Both the position numbers and the translations under genes were made by a program. A DNA stretch of 56,413 nucleotides, taken from Oscillospiraceae bacterium (GTDB lineage: Bacteria > Bacillota > Clostridia > Oscillospirales > Oscillospiraceae). The notes beneath the pieces were generated by a model that had not been told where the DNA came from, did no database searches, and was given only the letters and a program-made list of their open reading frames with translations. Shown in pieces: positions 1 to 8,722 of this stretch (its first letter is position 1; each line of letters begins with the position of its first letter). The DNA lies in NCBI GenBank assembly GCA_045546715.1, contig JAZQDI010000015.1, positions 1-56,413 on the forward strand, in the 5' to 3' direction.

Positions 1-76
1 CCGGTGGCGGGCCACGATGACGATATCATATCCGCGCTTCACTTCCCCCTCGTGCAGGCGATAGATCTCCCGCAGA
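1..76. repeat. Technical duplicate of 372..447 (rnpA-internal sequence) fused to a sequencing adapter; not genomic context
   Basis: The 76 nt are identical to 372..447 and are followed directly by the adapter at 77. This fits rolling-circle read-through of a circularised library insert spanning 161..447. Confidence 0.9.
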
Positions 77-160
77 AAGTCGGATCGTAGCCATGTCGTT
101 CTGTGAGCCAAGGAGTTGGGTCTAGTCATTGTCTTCCTAAGCCCGCTTGGCCTCCGACTT
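77..160. other. MGI/BGI DNBSEQ library adapter read-through (contaminant)
   Basis: The sequence is AAGTCGGATCGTAGCCATGTCGTTCTGTGAGCCAAGGAGTTG, then a 10-nt index GGTCTAGTCA, then TTGTCTTCCTAAGcCCGCTTGGCCTCCGACTT. The last part is the reverse complement of AAGTCGGAGGCCAAGCGGTCTTAGGAAGACAA with one mismatch at 142. These are the two standard BGISEQ/MGISEQ trimming sequences. Confidence 0.92.
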
Positions 161-277
161 CTCGATGGCCTGGAGCGCGTACTGTGAGCAGGTGGGGGTG
201 TAGCGGCAGGTGGGCGGCGTCAGGGGTGAGATATATTTCCGGTAGAATTTAATCAGTGCCAGAAGGATCTTCTTCAT
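161..277 (-). CDS. yidD: Membrane protein insertion efficiency factor YidD, 3' end missing (cut by adapter chimera)
   Basis: [40 protein letters not shown] matches the YidD CR(Y/F)xPTCSxY core. It lies downstream of rnpA. The ORF-track tail SEAKRA is adapter-encoded. Confidence 0.85.
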
Positions 278-632
278 CACGGCTCGGTTCCCTCCCCGCA
301 GAAAGCAGCGACAGTCTCCCAAGGGTCTTCATGAGTTCCTTCTCCAGCCGGTGATAATCCGCCTCCGCAGCCCGGTGGCGGGCCACGATGACGATATCAT
401 ATCCGCGCTTCACTTCCCCCTCGTGCAGGCGATAGATCTCCCGCAGACGGCGGCGGATGCGGTTGCGCGTGACGGCGTTTCCGATTTTGTTGGAGACGGT
501 GTAGCCGATCCGGTTCCGGTCTCTGCCGTTTTTCCGGCAGTAGCAGACCAGCGACGGTGCGGCCGCGCTCTTTCCCTTGGAGTACAGGCGCCGGAATTCA
601 TGGTTTTTCTTGAGTGTTACGGTAAATTCCAC
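249..632 (-). CDS. rnpA: Ribonuclease P protein component
   Basis: A basic RNR-type motif ([14 protein letters not shown]) is present, and the gene sits between rpmH and yidD. I prefer the GTG at 632, 7 nt after AGGAAGAGG. The ORF track extends to ATG 671. Confidence 0.85.
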   Translation of the reverse strand: MEFTVTLKKNHEFRRLYSKGKSAAAPSLVCYCRKNGRDRNRIGYTVSNKIGNAVTRNRIRRRLREIYRLHEGEVKRGYDIVIVARHRAAEADYHRLEKELMKTLGRLSLLSAGREPSRDEEDPSGTD

Positions 633-751
633 TTGCCTCTTCCTTACGCTAAAATCAGACTGCGAATACAAACGCTTTTAGGGCGGTTCTAAGCCCGCCC
701 GAAAAACGATGTTATTTGGTTGCAGCCGTGCTCACAGCAAACTGCTGAGAC

Positions 752-886
752 TCAGTAGCTCAGCTTTTTTCTGCCCTTCGCTCTGCGGCGGGCGAGCACC
801 TTGCGGCCGTTGGCGGTCGCCATTCTCTTGCGGAAGCCGTGCTCTTTCTTGCGCTGGCGCTTCTTGGGCTGGTAGGTACGGAACAT
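752..886 (-). CDS. rpmH: 50S ribosomal protein L34
   Basis: A 44-codon ORF read by hand, below the ORF-track cutoff: [51 protein letters not shown] lies 8 nt upstream. Confidence 0.93.
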   Translation of the reverse strand: MFRTYQPKKRQRKKEHGFRKRMATANGRKVLARRRAKGRKKLSY

Positions 887-956
887 CGTCTGGACTCCTT
901 TCTTAAAATAGGATAACTCAGCAACAGGCAGGTTCTGCCTGAGGTGGACATGGTTG

Positions 957-977
957 GGCCGCCGTTTTCGGCGGCAC
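957..977 (-). terminator. GC-rich hairpin downstream of the Nudix gene
   Basis: gccgccg-tttt-cggcggc stem-loop lies between the Nudix stop (1013) and the rpmH promoter region. Confidence 0.4.
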
Positions 978-1012
978 CGGGTTGATATTATACCTTATAC
1001 CATCCTTGGATG

Positions 1013-1585
1013 TCAAGGATTTTTCGCTTCCGGAGCGGCATTTTCCCGCTCTCGATCCAGCAAAAGCCGGGTTTTCAGCACCGCGACGACGGTTTTTACG
1101 TCCGGCAATTGGCCGCTGAGGGCCAGATCCGTCAGCTCATCGAGGCTGTGTTTTTCCACATTCAGGAACTCCCCGTCGTCCAGATGGGCCTTGCCGTGCT
1201 TCAGATCTCTGGCAAGATAGACGTGCAGCACCTCGCCGCAGTAGCCGGGCGAGGCGTACTGCTTTCCGAGATACTCCAGTCTGCCGGCTTCGAGGCCGGT
1301 CTCCTCACTGAGCTCTCTTCTGGCGGCAGGCTCCGGCTCCTCCCCTTTCTCCAGCTTCCCGGCGGGGATCTCCAAAAGCAGCTCGGAAAAGGGATAGCGA
1401 AACTGGCGCACGCACCAGACCGTGCCGTCGGCCTCCAGCGGCAGCACCGCCACGCCGCCGGGGTGCTCCACCACTTCACGAAGGGCAAGACTTCCGTCCG
1501 GCAGCTGGGCCTGATCGAGCCGGGTGTTCACGATGATCCCGTGGTAGCAGGTGATGGATTTGAGGGTTTTCTCTTCCAGCTTCAT
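1013..1585 (-). CDS. Nudix hydrolase (ADP-ribose pyrophosphatase-like)
   Basis: Nudix box GKLEKGEEPEPAARRELSEETG (GX5EX7REUXEEXGU). Confidence 0.85.
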   Translation of the reverse strand: MKLEEKTLKSITCYHGIIVNTRLDQAQLPDGSLALREVVEHPGGVAVLPLEADGTVWCVRQFRYPFSELLLEIPAGKLEKGEEPEPAARRELSEETGLEAGRLEYLGKQYASPGYCGEVLHVYLARDLKHGKAHLDDGEFLNVEKHSLDELTDLALSGQLPDVKTVVAVLKTRLLLDRERENAAPEAKNP

Positions 1586-1706
1586 GACATATCATCTCCA
1601 GAGGGTATCTTACCATATTTCAGGCAGGATTGCCATATATTTTGAGTGGCGCGTTTCCGCCGCATGAAATATAATGATTTTAACTATTATGGGGAGGATA
1701 TCAATA

Positions 1707-2183
1707 ATGGTGATTGAGACCGTGACGCCCCAGGCCGTCAGTCTGCGCATCAGCCGCGCGGAGCTGGACGGGCGGCGCACCATGACCCAACAGGAGGCGC
1801 GGGAGGCCGTGCTCCGGGCATTGACAGACAGCGGGCAGCCGCCATGGCTCCGGATGGAGATCTCCCTCTTCCCCGCTGAGGAGGAGCTGCTCTTGATTGC
1901 AAGGCCAGTGTCCCCCTGCCCCTGCCGGTTTCGATTCCAGCGCTTCAACGATCTCACGGCGGCGCTGGCGTATCTGCCGACGGAGACGGACTCCGACGTG
2001 GTGTACATCGAGGGCGGCTATGAGCTGCTTTTGTATCTGGCGGAGTCAGCGCTTCCCAACGCCCTCTATGAGTTCGGTGAGCCGCTCCGCTGCACCCCGG
2101 AGCTGGCTGCCCATCTCACCGAGCAGGGGGAGTTGATCGCCCGGGAGAACGCGGTCTCGCTGCTGCAGAAGTATTTTTGCTGA
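1707..2183 (+). CDS. MecA-family adaptor protein (short form)
   Basis: The C-terminal pattern YEFGEPL..ELAAHLTEQGELIARENAVSLLQKYF resembles the MecA C-terminal domain. GGGGAGGA RBS precedes ATG 1707. Confidence 0.55.
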   Translation: MVIETVTPQAVSLRISRAELDGRRTMTQQEAREAVLRALTDSGQPPWLRMEISLFPAEEELLLIARPVSPCPCRFRFQRFNDLTAALAYLPTETDSDVVYIEGGYELLLYLAESALPNALYEFGEPLRCTPELAAHLTEQGELIARENAVSLLQKYFC

Positions 2184-2250
2184 AATCTCTTTTCTTCTTC
2201 CTAAAAGTGTGCTAAAATAGAAGTCCACTACCGCGAAAGGAGGACAGATC

Positions 2251-2715
2251 ATGCCGAGAGAAAAAGGCACCAAGCAGGCGGCGCAGAACCGCAAGGCCCT
2301 GCATGATTATTTCGTCCTGGAGCGGTATGAGGCCGGCATCGAGCTCTTCGGCACCGAGGTCAAGAGCATCCGCGCAGGCACCGTGAATCTGAAGGACAGC
2401 TTCTGCGTGGTGAAAAACGGCGAGCTCTTCGCCCACGGCATCCACATCAGCCCCTACACCCACGGGAGCTACTATAACAAAGATCCCGACCGTCCCAAGC
2501 GCCTGCTGATGCACAAGCGGGAGATCCTGAAGCTGAACGCCAAGGTCATGCAGGAGGGACTGACGCTGGTGCCCCTGAGCCTCTATTTCAAGGACGGCCG
2601 GGTGAAAGCGGAGATCGGTCTCTGCAAGGGCAAAAAGCTCTACGACAAGCGGGAGGCCGCAGCCGAAAAGTCCGCCCGGAGAGACATGGACCGGGCCATG
2701 AAAGAGAAGTATTAA
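2251..2715 (+). CDS. smpB: SsrA-binding protein SmpB
   Basis: Full-length SmpB-like sequence (NRKALHDYFVLERYEAGIELFGTEVKSIR ... KKLYDKRE). tmRNA lies about 730 bp downstream. Confidence 0.95.
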   Translation: MPREKGTKQAAQNRKALHDYFVLERYEAGIELFGTEVKSIRAGTVNLKDSFCVVKNGELFAHGIHISPYTHGSYYNKDPDRPKRLLMHKREILKLNAKVMQEGLTLVPLSLYFKDGRVKAEIGLCKGKKLYDKREAAAEKSARRDMDRAMKEKY

Positions 2716-2743
2716 AATAAACATACAGAAAGGATACCACACT

Positions 2744-3273
2744 ATGAGCAATCCCATTGTCACCATTGAGATGGAAAACGGCGGCGTCATCAAGGCGGAG
2801 CTCTACCCCGAAGTGGCACCGAATACCGTCAACAACTTCATCAGCCTCATCAAGTCCGGCTTCTATGACGGCGTGATCTTCCACCGCGTGATCCCCGGCT
2901 TCATGATCCAGGGCGGCGACCCCCAGGGCACCGGCATGGGCGGCCCCGGCTACTGCATCCGCGGCGAGTTCAGCGACAACGGCTTCAAAAACGAGCTGAA
3001 GCACACCCGCGGCGTCCTGTCCATGGCCCGCACCATGATCCCCGACACCGCCGGCAGCCAGTTCTTCATCATGCATCAGGATGCGCCCCATCTGGATCGC
3101 CAGTACGCCGCCTTCGGCAAGGTCATCGAGGGCATCGAGGTGGTCGATCAGATCGCCCGCAGCCCCGCAACATGCGCACCGACAAGCCCAATGCGGACCA
3201 GCGGATGAAGACCGTCACCGTCGATACCTTCGGCGTCGAGTACCCCGAGCCGGAGAAGCTGCCCGGCAGATAA
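2744..3273 (+). CDS. ppiB: Peptidyl-prolyl cis-trans isomerase (cyclophilin type), with an apparent 1-nt frameshift in the C4 run at 3163..3166
   Basis: Cyclophilin motifs are present (FHRVIPGFMIQGGDP, SMAR, GSQFFI). The ORF-track frame stops at 3208 with a non-homologous tail. The -1 frame continues as RNMRTDKPNADQRMKTVTVDTFGVEYPEPEKLPGR to TAA 3271..3273, which is the expected cyclophilin C-terminus. Confidence 0.85.
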
Positions 3274-3420
3274 AAGAGTACGGATTGCCACACCGGTGTG
3301 CGCACTGGTTCGCAATGACACGCTCTTTTTGAAACAAACTCAACCTTTTCACGTCTAAAACATCGAAGAACAGTTCAAGATTTCTGCAACATCGAAAAAG
3401 CCCTCATGTAGCTTTTTCAA

Positions 3421-3446
3421 AAGACAAAGGGAACCTTTGTCTTTTG
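3421..3446 (+). terminator. Hairpin with T-run abutting the tmRNA 5' end
   Basis: aaaagacaaagg-gaa-cctttgtctttt lies immediately before GGGG at 3448. Confidence 0.4.
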
Positions 3447-3447
3447 C

Positions 3448-3813
3448 GGGGATGTACCGGTTTCGACGGGGGTGTGGAGGCAGGAATAGCGGGCGGCGGC
3501 GCCTGACCGCCATAAAACGGGCATCTTATAAATTAAAGAACAACAACGATACTGTTCTTCTCGCTGCTTAATTAGCGAGCGTTCCCTCCGGGAGGCCCAC
3601 GGCCCGGATGTGGAGCGTCGATTAGTGGGGAACGTGAGTGCGCAAAGCTTTGAGTGTGCCACGCATCATGAAGCTACCGGACTTTCAGGCTTGCATGTTG
3701 GCCTGGTATGAAGGGAACGGGTAAGTTCGGCTTACCGCAACAACCTGCTGCGCCCGGAGAAGTTCCTGTTAAAGCGCTTTCGGACGGGGGTTCAATTCCC
3801 CCCATCTCCACCA
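3448..3813 (+). ncRNA. ssrA: Transfer-messenger RNA (tmRNA, SsrA)
   Basis: The 5' end is GGGGATGTACCGGTTTCGACGGGGG. The 3' tRNA-like end is GGACGGGGGTTCAATTCCCCCCATCTCCACCA. An internal tag frame ends ...DTVLLAA-TAA (stop at 3569..3571). It is adjacent to smpB. Confidence 0.95.
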
Positions 3814-3820
3814 ATTGAAA

Positions 3821-3852
3821 AAGGCACTTGCCGGTTTGGCAAGTGCCTTTTT
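3821..3852 (+). terminator. Rho-independent terminator after ssrA
   Basis: aaggcacttgcc-ggtt-ggcaagtgcctt followed by TTTTT. Confidence 0.8.
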
Positions 3853-3886
3853 CGGAATATCATAATTCATTCAGGGTGATTCCCTC

Positions 3887-4993
3887 ATGTTTAAAATCCG
3901 GACATTTTTAAAGCAGGAGCCGGTATTAATCGTTGCTTCTGCAGCAGCCATGATCAGCTGCTTTTTTATGCCTCCCGACACAAAATACTTGCAATACATT
4001 GACTGGCGAACGCTCGCGCTGCTGTACTGCCTGATGGTTGTGGTATCCGGTCTTCGCAAAGCAGGCGTATTCGCTCATTTGTCCCACGCGCTCTGTGAAA
4101 GAGCGGGCAGTGTCCGTTCACTTGGGATCATGCTTGTATTGCTTTGTTTTTTCAGCGCGATGCTGATCACAAATGATGTCGCATTGCTCACATTTGTTCC
4201 ATTTGCAATCGTTGTTTTGGGAATGATCGGTCATTCCGAAGCACTCATTCGAGTAGTCGTTCTGCAAACCGCGGCTGCAAATCTCGGCAGTATGCTGACG
4301 CCTGTCGGCAATCCGCAGAATTTGTATCTCTACTCTCATTACAATTTCTCGCTTCAGCAATTTCTGATTACTACGCTCCCCTATTGGCTTCTGAGTTTCG
4401 TGCTCGTAGTCGCGCTTTGCTTTCTTTTTCTTCCCAAGACAAAAGCAAAGCCGTTTCTCGGCGAAGAGCCGGGAATGGATCGCAAAGAACTGTGGATTCA
4501 TTCGATCCTCTTTCTGGTTTGTCTGCTGGCGGTCATTCGACTGATATCATGGCAGGTCATGCTGATCATCACAACCGTAACACTGCTGCTCCTCGATCGC
4601 AAAACGCTGAAGGACGCAGATTTTCTCCTTCTTCTCACATTTGTTGCTTTTTTCATTTTCTCAGGCAATCTGTCCAGAATCGAGTCAGTGGATACATATT
4701 TGAAGCAAATCCTGAATCGCAGGGAATTTCTCACCGCAGCGCTGACAAGTCAGGTCATCAGCAATGTTCCTGCCGCGTTATTGCTCTCGAACTTCACTAC
4801 AAAAGCAAATGAACTTCTTTTAGGCGTCAATATCGGCGGGCTGGGTACTCCCATTGCCAGTCTTGCCAGTCTCATCAGCATGAAGCTCTACTCCCACGCG
4901 AGCGGGGCGAACACCGGAAAGTACCTCCTCTGGTTCACTGCGGTCAACGTTCTGCTGCTGATTATTCTTGCGTTTTCCGTACTGTTATCCTGA
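3887..4993 (+). CDS. ArsB/NhaD-superfamily (citrate-transporter-like) anion permease
   Basis: Polytopic membrane protein of 368 aa. The motif GSMLTPVGNPQNLYLY is typical of the CitMHS/ArsB-like fold. Confidence 0.6.
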   Translation: MFKIRTFLKQEPVLIVASAAAMISCFFMPPDTKYLQYIDWRTLALLYCLMVVVSGLRKAGVFAHLSHALCERAGSVRSLGIMLVLLCFFSAMLITNDVALLTFVPFAIVVLGMIGHSEALIRVVVLQTAAANLGSMLTPVGNPQNLYLYSHYNFSLQQFLITTLPYWLLSFVLVVALCFLFLPKTKAKPFLGEEPGMDRKELWIHSILFLVCLLAVIRLISWQVMLIITTVTLLLLDRKTLKDADFLLLLTFVAFFIFSGNLSRIESVDTYLKQILNRREFLTAALTSQVISNVPAALLLSNFTTKANELLLGVNIGGLGTPIASLASLISMKLYSHASGANTGKYLLWFTAVNVLLLIILAFSVLLS

Positions 4994-5003
4994 AAAAAGA
5001 TAG

Positions 5004-5036
5004 AAAGAGCTTGCTGCTGTGCAGCAAGCTCTTTTG
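5004..5036. terminator. Bidirectional terminator between the permease and the pilus operon
   Basis: aaagagcttgctgc-tgt-gcagcaagctcttt with flanking A and T runs. Confidence 0.7.
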
Positions 5037-5052
5037 CTATTGATTGGTTTTG

Positions 5053-7971
5053 TCAGCCGCGGGAACGGCGACGCGATTTGGTCTTCAGTGTGATGAATCC
5101 AACAAGCGTAATCGCAGCGAAGAGTCCAAGCAGGAGCTCGGGTCCACGACCTGCAACAACACCTGTGACAGGGATGCTGTCAAGAACATTCTGAACCTCA
5201 ACAGTCAAATCTTCATTCAGCGTGAAATCCTGCGGATTTCCTTCCTCTTCATTCATCATCACAGTGTAATTTGAAGGAACATTCGTTTCGTTGATGGTAA
5301 CCGTCACGCCCATCGGCAGGTTCTCCAGCGTCTTTGTACCATTATCGCCCAGTGAGAATGTCTGTGCGTCAATCGACAGCGCAGGATGTCTGAAGGTAAC
5401 TTCAAACTCAAAGGTGCGGCTCTTGTTGGCAAACAAGCCATCCACATGTTTATTGACTGTCAGAGACAGTGTATCAACATGCACGACAAATGTCTCAGAA
5501 GCTGTGGTTGCAGTATGACTTGAATCGGCATCGCAGGATCGTTTGATCTTGCCCTCGCTGAAGAGCAGACCCGTCATATCTTTTCCGCCCACCGCGATGG
5601 AAACAGAAACCGGGAAATCGCTTGTCACAGCAACATACTCGGTATCATTCGCTTTCACGGTAGAATTCGTCTCTTTCGGCTTCTGCGTGATGCCGAGAGA
5701 TGGCTCGTTGCCCTCCATTACAGCAGGATCTGCAACCTTGTCGCCGCATTTCCAAACGATATCGGTCGGACGAGGATACGTAATGTCTTCACCATAATAC
5801 TTCGACTGATCTTTGAACGTCATCTCAGGCTTATAGATGAAGATGTTCATGGCAACGGCTACTTCCTTTTTATTGGAAGCATCCGCAATGTCCTGAACAC
5901 AGGAAGACAACGTATACTTATTGCCGGTCAGGTCGGGCTGAGTGTCGCCGATCCATGACCAGCTGCCACTAGTTGCGCCATGCTCCACAGTGTAAGTGCC
6001 GAGAACATTGCCATTCTCATCCTTCAATGTGAAGGAAACATCCACATTGGCGTTGTTCACACCATCAAACAGCTCGCTGAAAGAAGCGGTTTGGGCGCTC
6101 GTTCCTTCACCAATGGTAAAGCTGGTGGAACCCGTGATCAAACCGCTGACAACATTCGCGTCCTGCGTAAGGTAGACATGCTTGTCGTCCATCTTCGGCG
6201 TGACTGCCTTCAACGGGACGTTCACATCCGGAACATCATACAGCTTGACAGGCTCAGTGGCGCTTGCATTCTCATACAAGCCGGAATCCGCACCGTTGGT
6301 CTTTGTCTCACTGCCGCCCAGATAAAGCGGCTTCACAGGAACTGTGAACGTGATGACAAGCTTTTCACCACGAGGCGTTTTGGAGCCATCCGTCTGCGTC
6401 GTATAACCGACCCAGTTCTCACTGTAGTTAAAGCCGGTCACATGAAGCTTGTTGCCATCGGTGGTGGCATTGACGCCGCTTGCATCCTGCAAGGGACCCC
6501 AGCCGTCTTCGCCCTTGAAGGCAGATGTCTTCAATTCGACGCCTGTAGCGCCTTCGGGAAGCGTGAAGTACGGAGTGACAATGTCATTCACAACGGAATC
6601 ACCGGTGAGCGTAACGGAAGAACCGCCAATTTCCTGAGCGATGCTCTGAAAAATACTGTCAAGCGCTTCCGGACTGTCCACGACTGTATAATAAGTCTGT
6701 CCTTCCTTCAGGTTCGGATTTTTGTCTCCCAGCACAGCAGGAGTCGTATTACTATTCCCGTTTGCGGTAGCATTCGGATAATTGGAAGAAACACTGTTCA
6801 GGAACGTGTCAATCGCAGTACCCGTTGCATCCGGATTGCCGGTAGCATAGCTAATCGTAGCAACAGAATAAACCGTAGCGCCGGAATTGTTCTTCAATTC
6901 ATACGCAGCAGCTGTCGCTTTATTGGCATATCTCCAACCAGACTTGAACTCCAGAGGGTCTCCTGGCGGCTTAAGGTTATCCGGCGCACCGTCAGTAAAC
7001 ATGATTACAGCAGAGGGACGGCTTGTGTCGGAACGAGCTGCAAGAATGTTCCTTGCCATTACCATACCCTCATCGGTTTTGGTACCATCCGCGCCATACT
7101 TGTCCATCACAGAAACAGCATCGTAGGAGTCGCCTGTTTTGGTATAGTAATCAATCGGCTTCATAGCATTTGCAGCATCCAGATGGTTGGGAGTGACAGT
7201 CTCCGTGTTCGTAACATAGAGCGCAGAGCCGCGGAACTGAACAATAGCTACTCGGCTATCAGGATTATCAGCCTTGATTTTATCAAGGAAATTGTTTACA
7301 GCCGACTTAAGTGCTTCCAATCTTGTTCCATCGCCAAAAGATTGATCCATTGAAGTAGAAAGGTCAAGAACCAGAACAACATCAACAGGAACCGTTTCCT
7401 CGCTAATGATAGAAGAACCGGTAACATAGCTTTCCAGCTTAATCTCGACATTCTTGCCATCAGCGCTCAGAGTCGCAGTCTTGTCCAGCACAACAGGTGG
7501 TGTCGGAGTCGGTTCCGCTCTCAGCGCAGGAGCCTTCATCATCATCTTCTTGGCAGCAGGTACAGCCTGACGGATGATCGGTCCAACCTTAGTCAGGTTT
7601 GGCAGTGTGGGAACATAGGCAGTCTGCGCTTCTTCCTCAGGCACGCTTTCGTCAGGGACAGTCGCGGTGGACTCCTCAGTGGGTTCTTCCGCGTCAACCG
7701 CAATTTCGGCTTCCTGCAGGTCTTCCGCCTCATCTGCAGTTTCGACTTCCTGCACATCTTCCGTTTCAGCGGCTTCTTCAATCTGGACAACGTCCGCACT
7801 TTCGGCATCCAGAACTTCCAGATCAGTGTCTTCCTGATGCAGAATCGCAGCTTCTTCCATCAACTGCTCTTCCAATGTGGGCATTTCGCCGGCCGCAATC
7901 AGGCCAAGCGCCATAATCACGACAAGCAGGGCAGCAAGGAAACGACGCTGCCGATTATTCAGTTTACGCAT
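5053..7971 (-). CDS. Pilus tip adhesin with vWFA domain and cell-wall sorting signal
   Basis: It has a signal peptide and an acidic N-terminal repeat region. MIDAS motifs are present (VLVLDLSTSMD and MFTDGAPD). The C-terminal sorting signal is IPVTG plus a hydrophobic segment plus KSRRRSRG. Confidence 0.8.
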   Translation of the reverse strand: MRKLNNRQRRFLAALLVVIMALGLIAAGEMPTLEEQLMEEAAILHQEDTDLEVLDAESADVVQIEEAAETEDVQEVETADEAEDLQEAEIAVDAEEPTEESTATVPDESVPEEEAQTAYVPTLPNLTKVGPIIRQAVPAAKKMMMKAPALRAEPTPTPPVVLDKTATLSADGKNVEIKLESYVTGSSIISEETVPVDVVLVLDLSTSMDQSFGDGTRLEALKSAVNNFLDKIKADNPDSRVAIVQFRGSALYVTNTETVTPNHLDAANAMKPIDYYTKTGDSYDAVSVMDKYGADGTKTDEGMVMARNILAARSDTSRPSAVIMFTDGAPDNLKPPGDPLEFKSGWRYANKATAAAYELKNNSGATVYSVATISYATGNPDATGTAIDTFLNSVSSNYPNATANGNSNTTPAVLGDKNPNLKEGQTYYTVVDSPEALDSIFQSIAQEIGGSSVTLTGDSVVNDIVTPYFTLPEGATGVELKTSAFKGEDGWGPLQDASGVNATTDGNKLHVTGFNYSENWVGYTTQTDGSKTPRGEKLVITFTVPVKPLYLGGSETKTNGADSGLYENASATEPVKLYDVPDVNVPLKAVTPKMDDKHVYLTQDANVVSGLITGSTSFTIGEGTSAQTASFSELFDGVNNANVDVSFTLKDENGNVLGTYTVEHGATSGSWSWIGDTQPDLTGNKYTLSSCVQDIADASNKKEVAVAMNIFIYKPEMTFKDQSKYYGEDITYPRPTDIVWKCGDKVADPAVMEGNEPSLGITQKPKETNSTVKANDTEYVAVTSDFPVSVSIAVGGKDMTGLLFSEGKIKRSCDADSSHTATTASETFVVHVDTLSLTVNKHVDGLFANKSRTFEFEVTFRHPALSIDAQTFSLGDNGTKTLENLPMGVTVTINETNVPSNYTVMMNEEEGNPQDFTLNEDLTVEVQNVLDSIPVTGVVAGRGPELLLGLFAAITLVGFITLKTKSRRRSRG

Positions 7972-8716
7972 CGTTCTCGCTCCCTTCCTTATTCTTCTTT
8001 ATCGAAACGAACGCCGCAGTCGCAGTCATGCCGCTCAGCAGCATGAGAGAAACAACCAGAGGCACGTTTCTGTCATCGCCCGTCTTAGCAATGCCGGGCT
8101 TAGGGGTCGGCGTCGGCGCCGGCGTCGGAGTCGGCGTCGGAGTCGGGGTTGGTGTCGGCGGCGGGGTTACCGGACCGACATATACAGTGTTGAACTCCAC
8201 CTCATTGGGTTTTACATCCTGATCGTCTTCGGCGGTGAGCATTTTGAGCTTCAGCCCTTCGCCTTCGTCGTTCGCAATGTAAAATGTGACGGTGGTGGAA
8301 CGCTTCTCAAACGTGTAGCGATCCGCGTCCTTCTTCAAGTTGTCTTGATCCAAATCGGCCATGAGTTCATAAGCGTATACACCGGGTTTAGAAAAGGTGA
8401 ACGTCAGCACGCCGTTCAAGTCGAACTTGGTGTTGTCTCCGTCCTTTTCACCGGTTCCCACAACGCCCTGGAAGGAAAAGCCGCCTTTTTCGTCTGCCTC
8501 TGCGGGCAGCGGCGCGCCGTCCTTCCCGGATACGATATAGTGGAACTCGCTGTCCACTGATGTATCCGTAGTGATGAACACATGCTTATACTCCAGCTTG
8601 ACCTCCAGCGGCTCATATTCCGCAGCGCAGGCAATCATGCCGACGCTGAGCAGAGACGCCAGAATCGCCAGAACGCAAAGCACAGTCAGCACTTTGGTGT
8701 GTCGGTTTCGAATCAT
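7964..8716 (-). CDS. Basal (minor) pilin with polyproline tail and sorting signal
   Basis: It has a signal peptide and a tail [27 protein letters not shown] preceding IAKTG plus a TM segment plus a basic tail. This architecture resembles FctB/RrgC-type base pilins. Confidence 0.65.
   Translation of the reverse strand: MIRNRHTKVLTVLCVLAILASLLSVGMIACAAEYEPLEVKLEYKHVFITTDTSVDSEFHYIVSGKDGAPLPAEADEKGGFSFQGVVGTGEKDGDNTKFDLNGVLTFTFSKPGVYAYELMADLDQDNLKKDADRYTFEKRSTTVTFYIANDEGEGLKLKMLTAEDDQDVKPNEVEFNTVYVGPVTPPPTPTPTPTPTPTPAPTPTPKPGIAKTGDDRNVPLVVSLMLLSGMTATAAFVSIKKNKEGSENDA
8100..8170. repeat. Pro/Thr-encoding microsatellite-like repeat inside the basal pilin gene
   Basis: Iterated ggcgtcgg/ggagtcgg units encode (PT)n. 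Confidence 0.8.
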
Positions 8717-8722
8717 GGTAAT

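Noticed and set aside
77-160. An 84-nt element with 8-bp terminal inverted repeats (AAGTCGGA...TCCGACTT), present twice in the window and flanked by long duplications. It looks like a MITE or novel mobile element with target-site duplication.
   Set aside because: The sequence is the standard MGI/BGISEQ adapter pair around a 10-nt sample index. The flanking duplications are what circular-library read-through produces. Both copies sit at contig ends.
672-1012. A replication origin/dnaA region, expected because rpmH-rnpA-yidD usually neighbours dnaA and oriC.
   Set aside because: The gene upstream of rpmH is a Nudix hydrolase, not dnaA. I saw no cluster of TTATCCACA-type DnaA boxes, only isolated TTATCC fragments.
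3521-3571. Exact tmRNA tag peptide assignment (for example ASYKLKNNNDTVLLAA).
   Set aside because: The stop and the -LLAA ending are clear. The resume codon cannot be fixed without a structural alignment, so only the C-terminal part of the tag is reported.
5980-7353. A 457-aa ORF on the plus strand antisense to the tip adhesin gene.
   Set aside because: It has no motifs, an Arg/Ile-rich low-information composition, and no RBS, and it is fully embedded opposite a well-supported CDS. The long open antisense frame is explained by codon usage of the sense gene, which avoids TTA/CTA/TCA.
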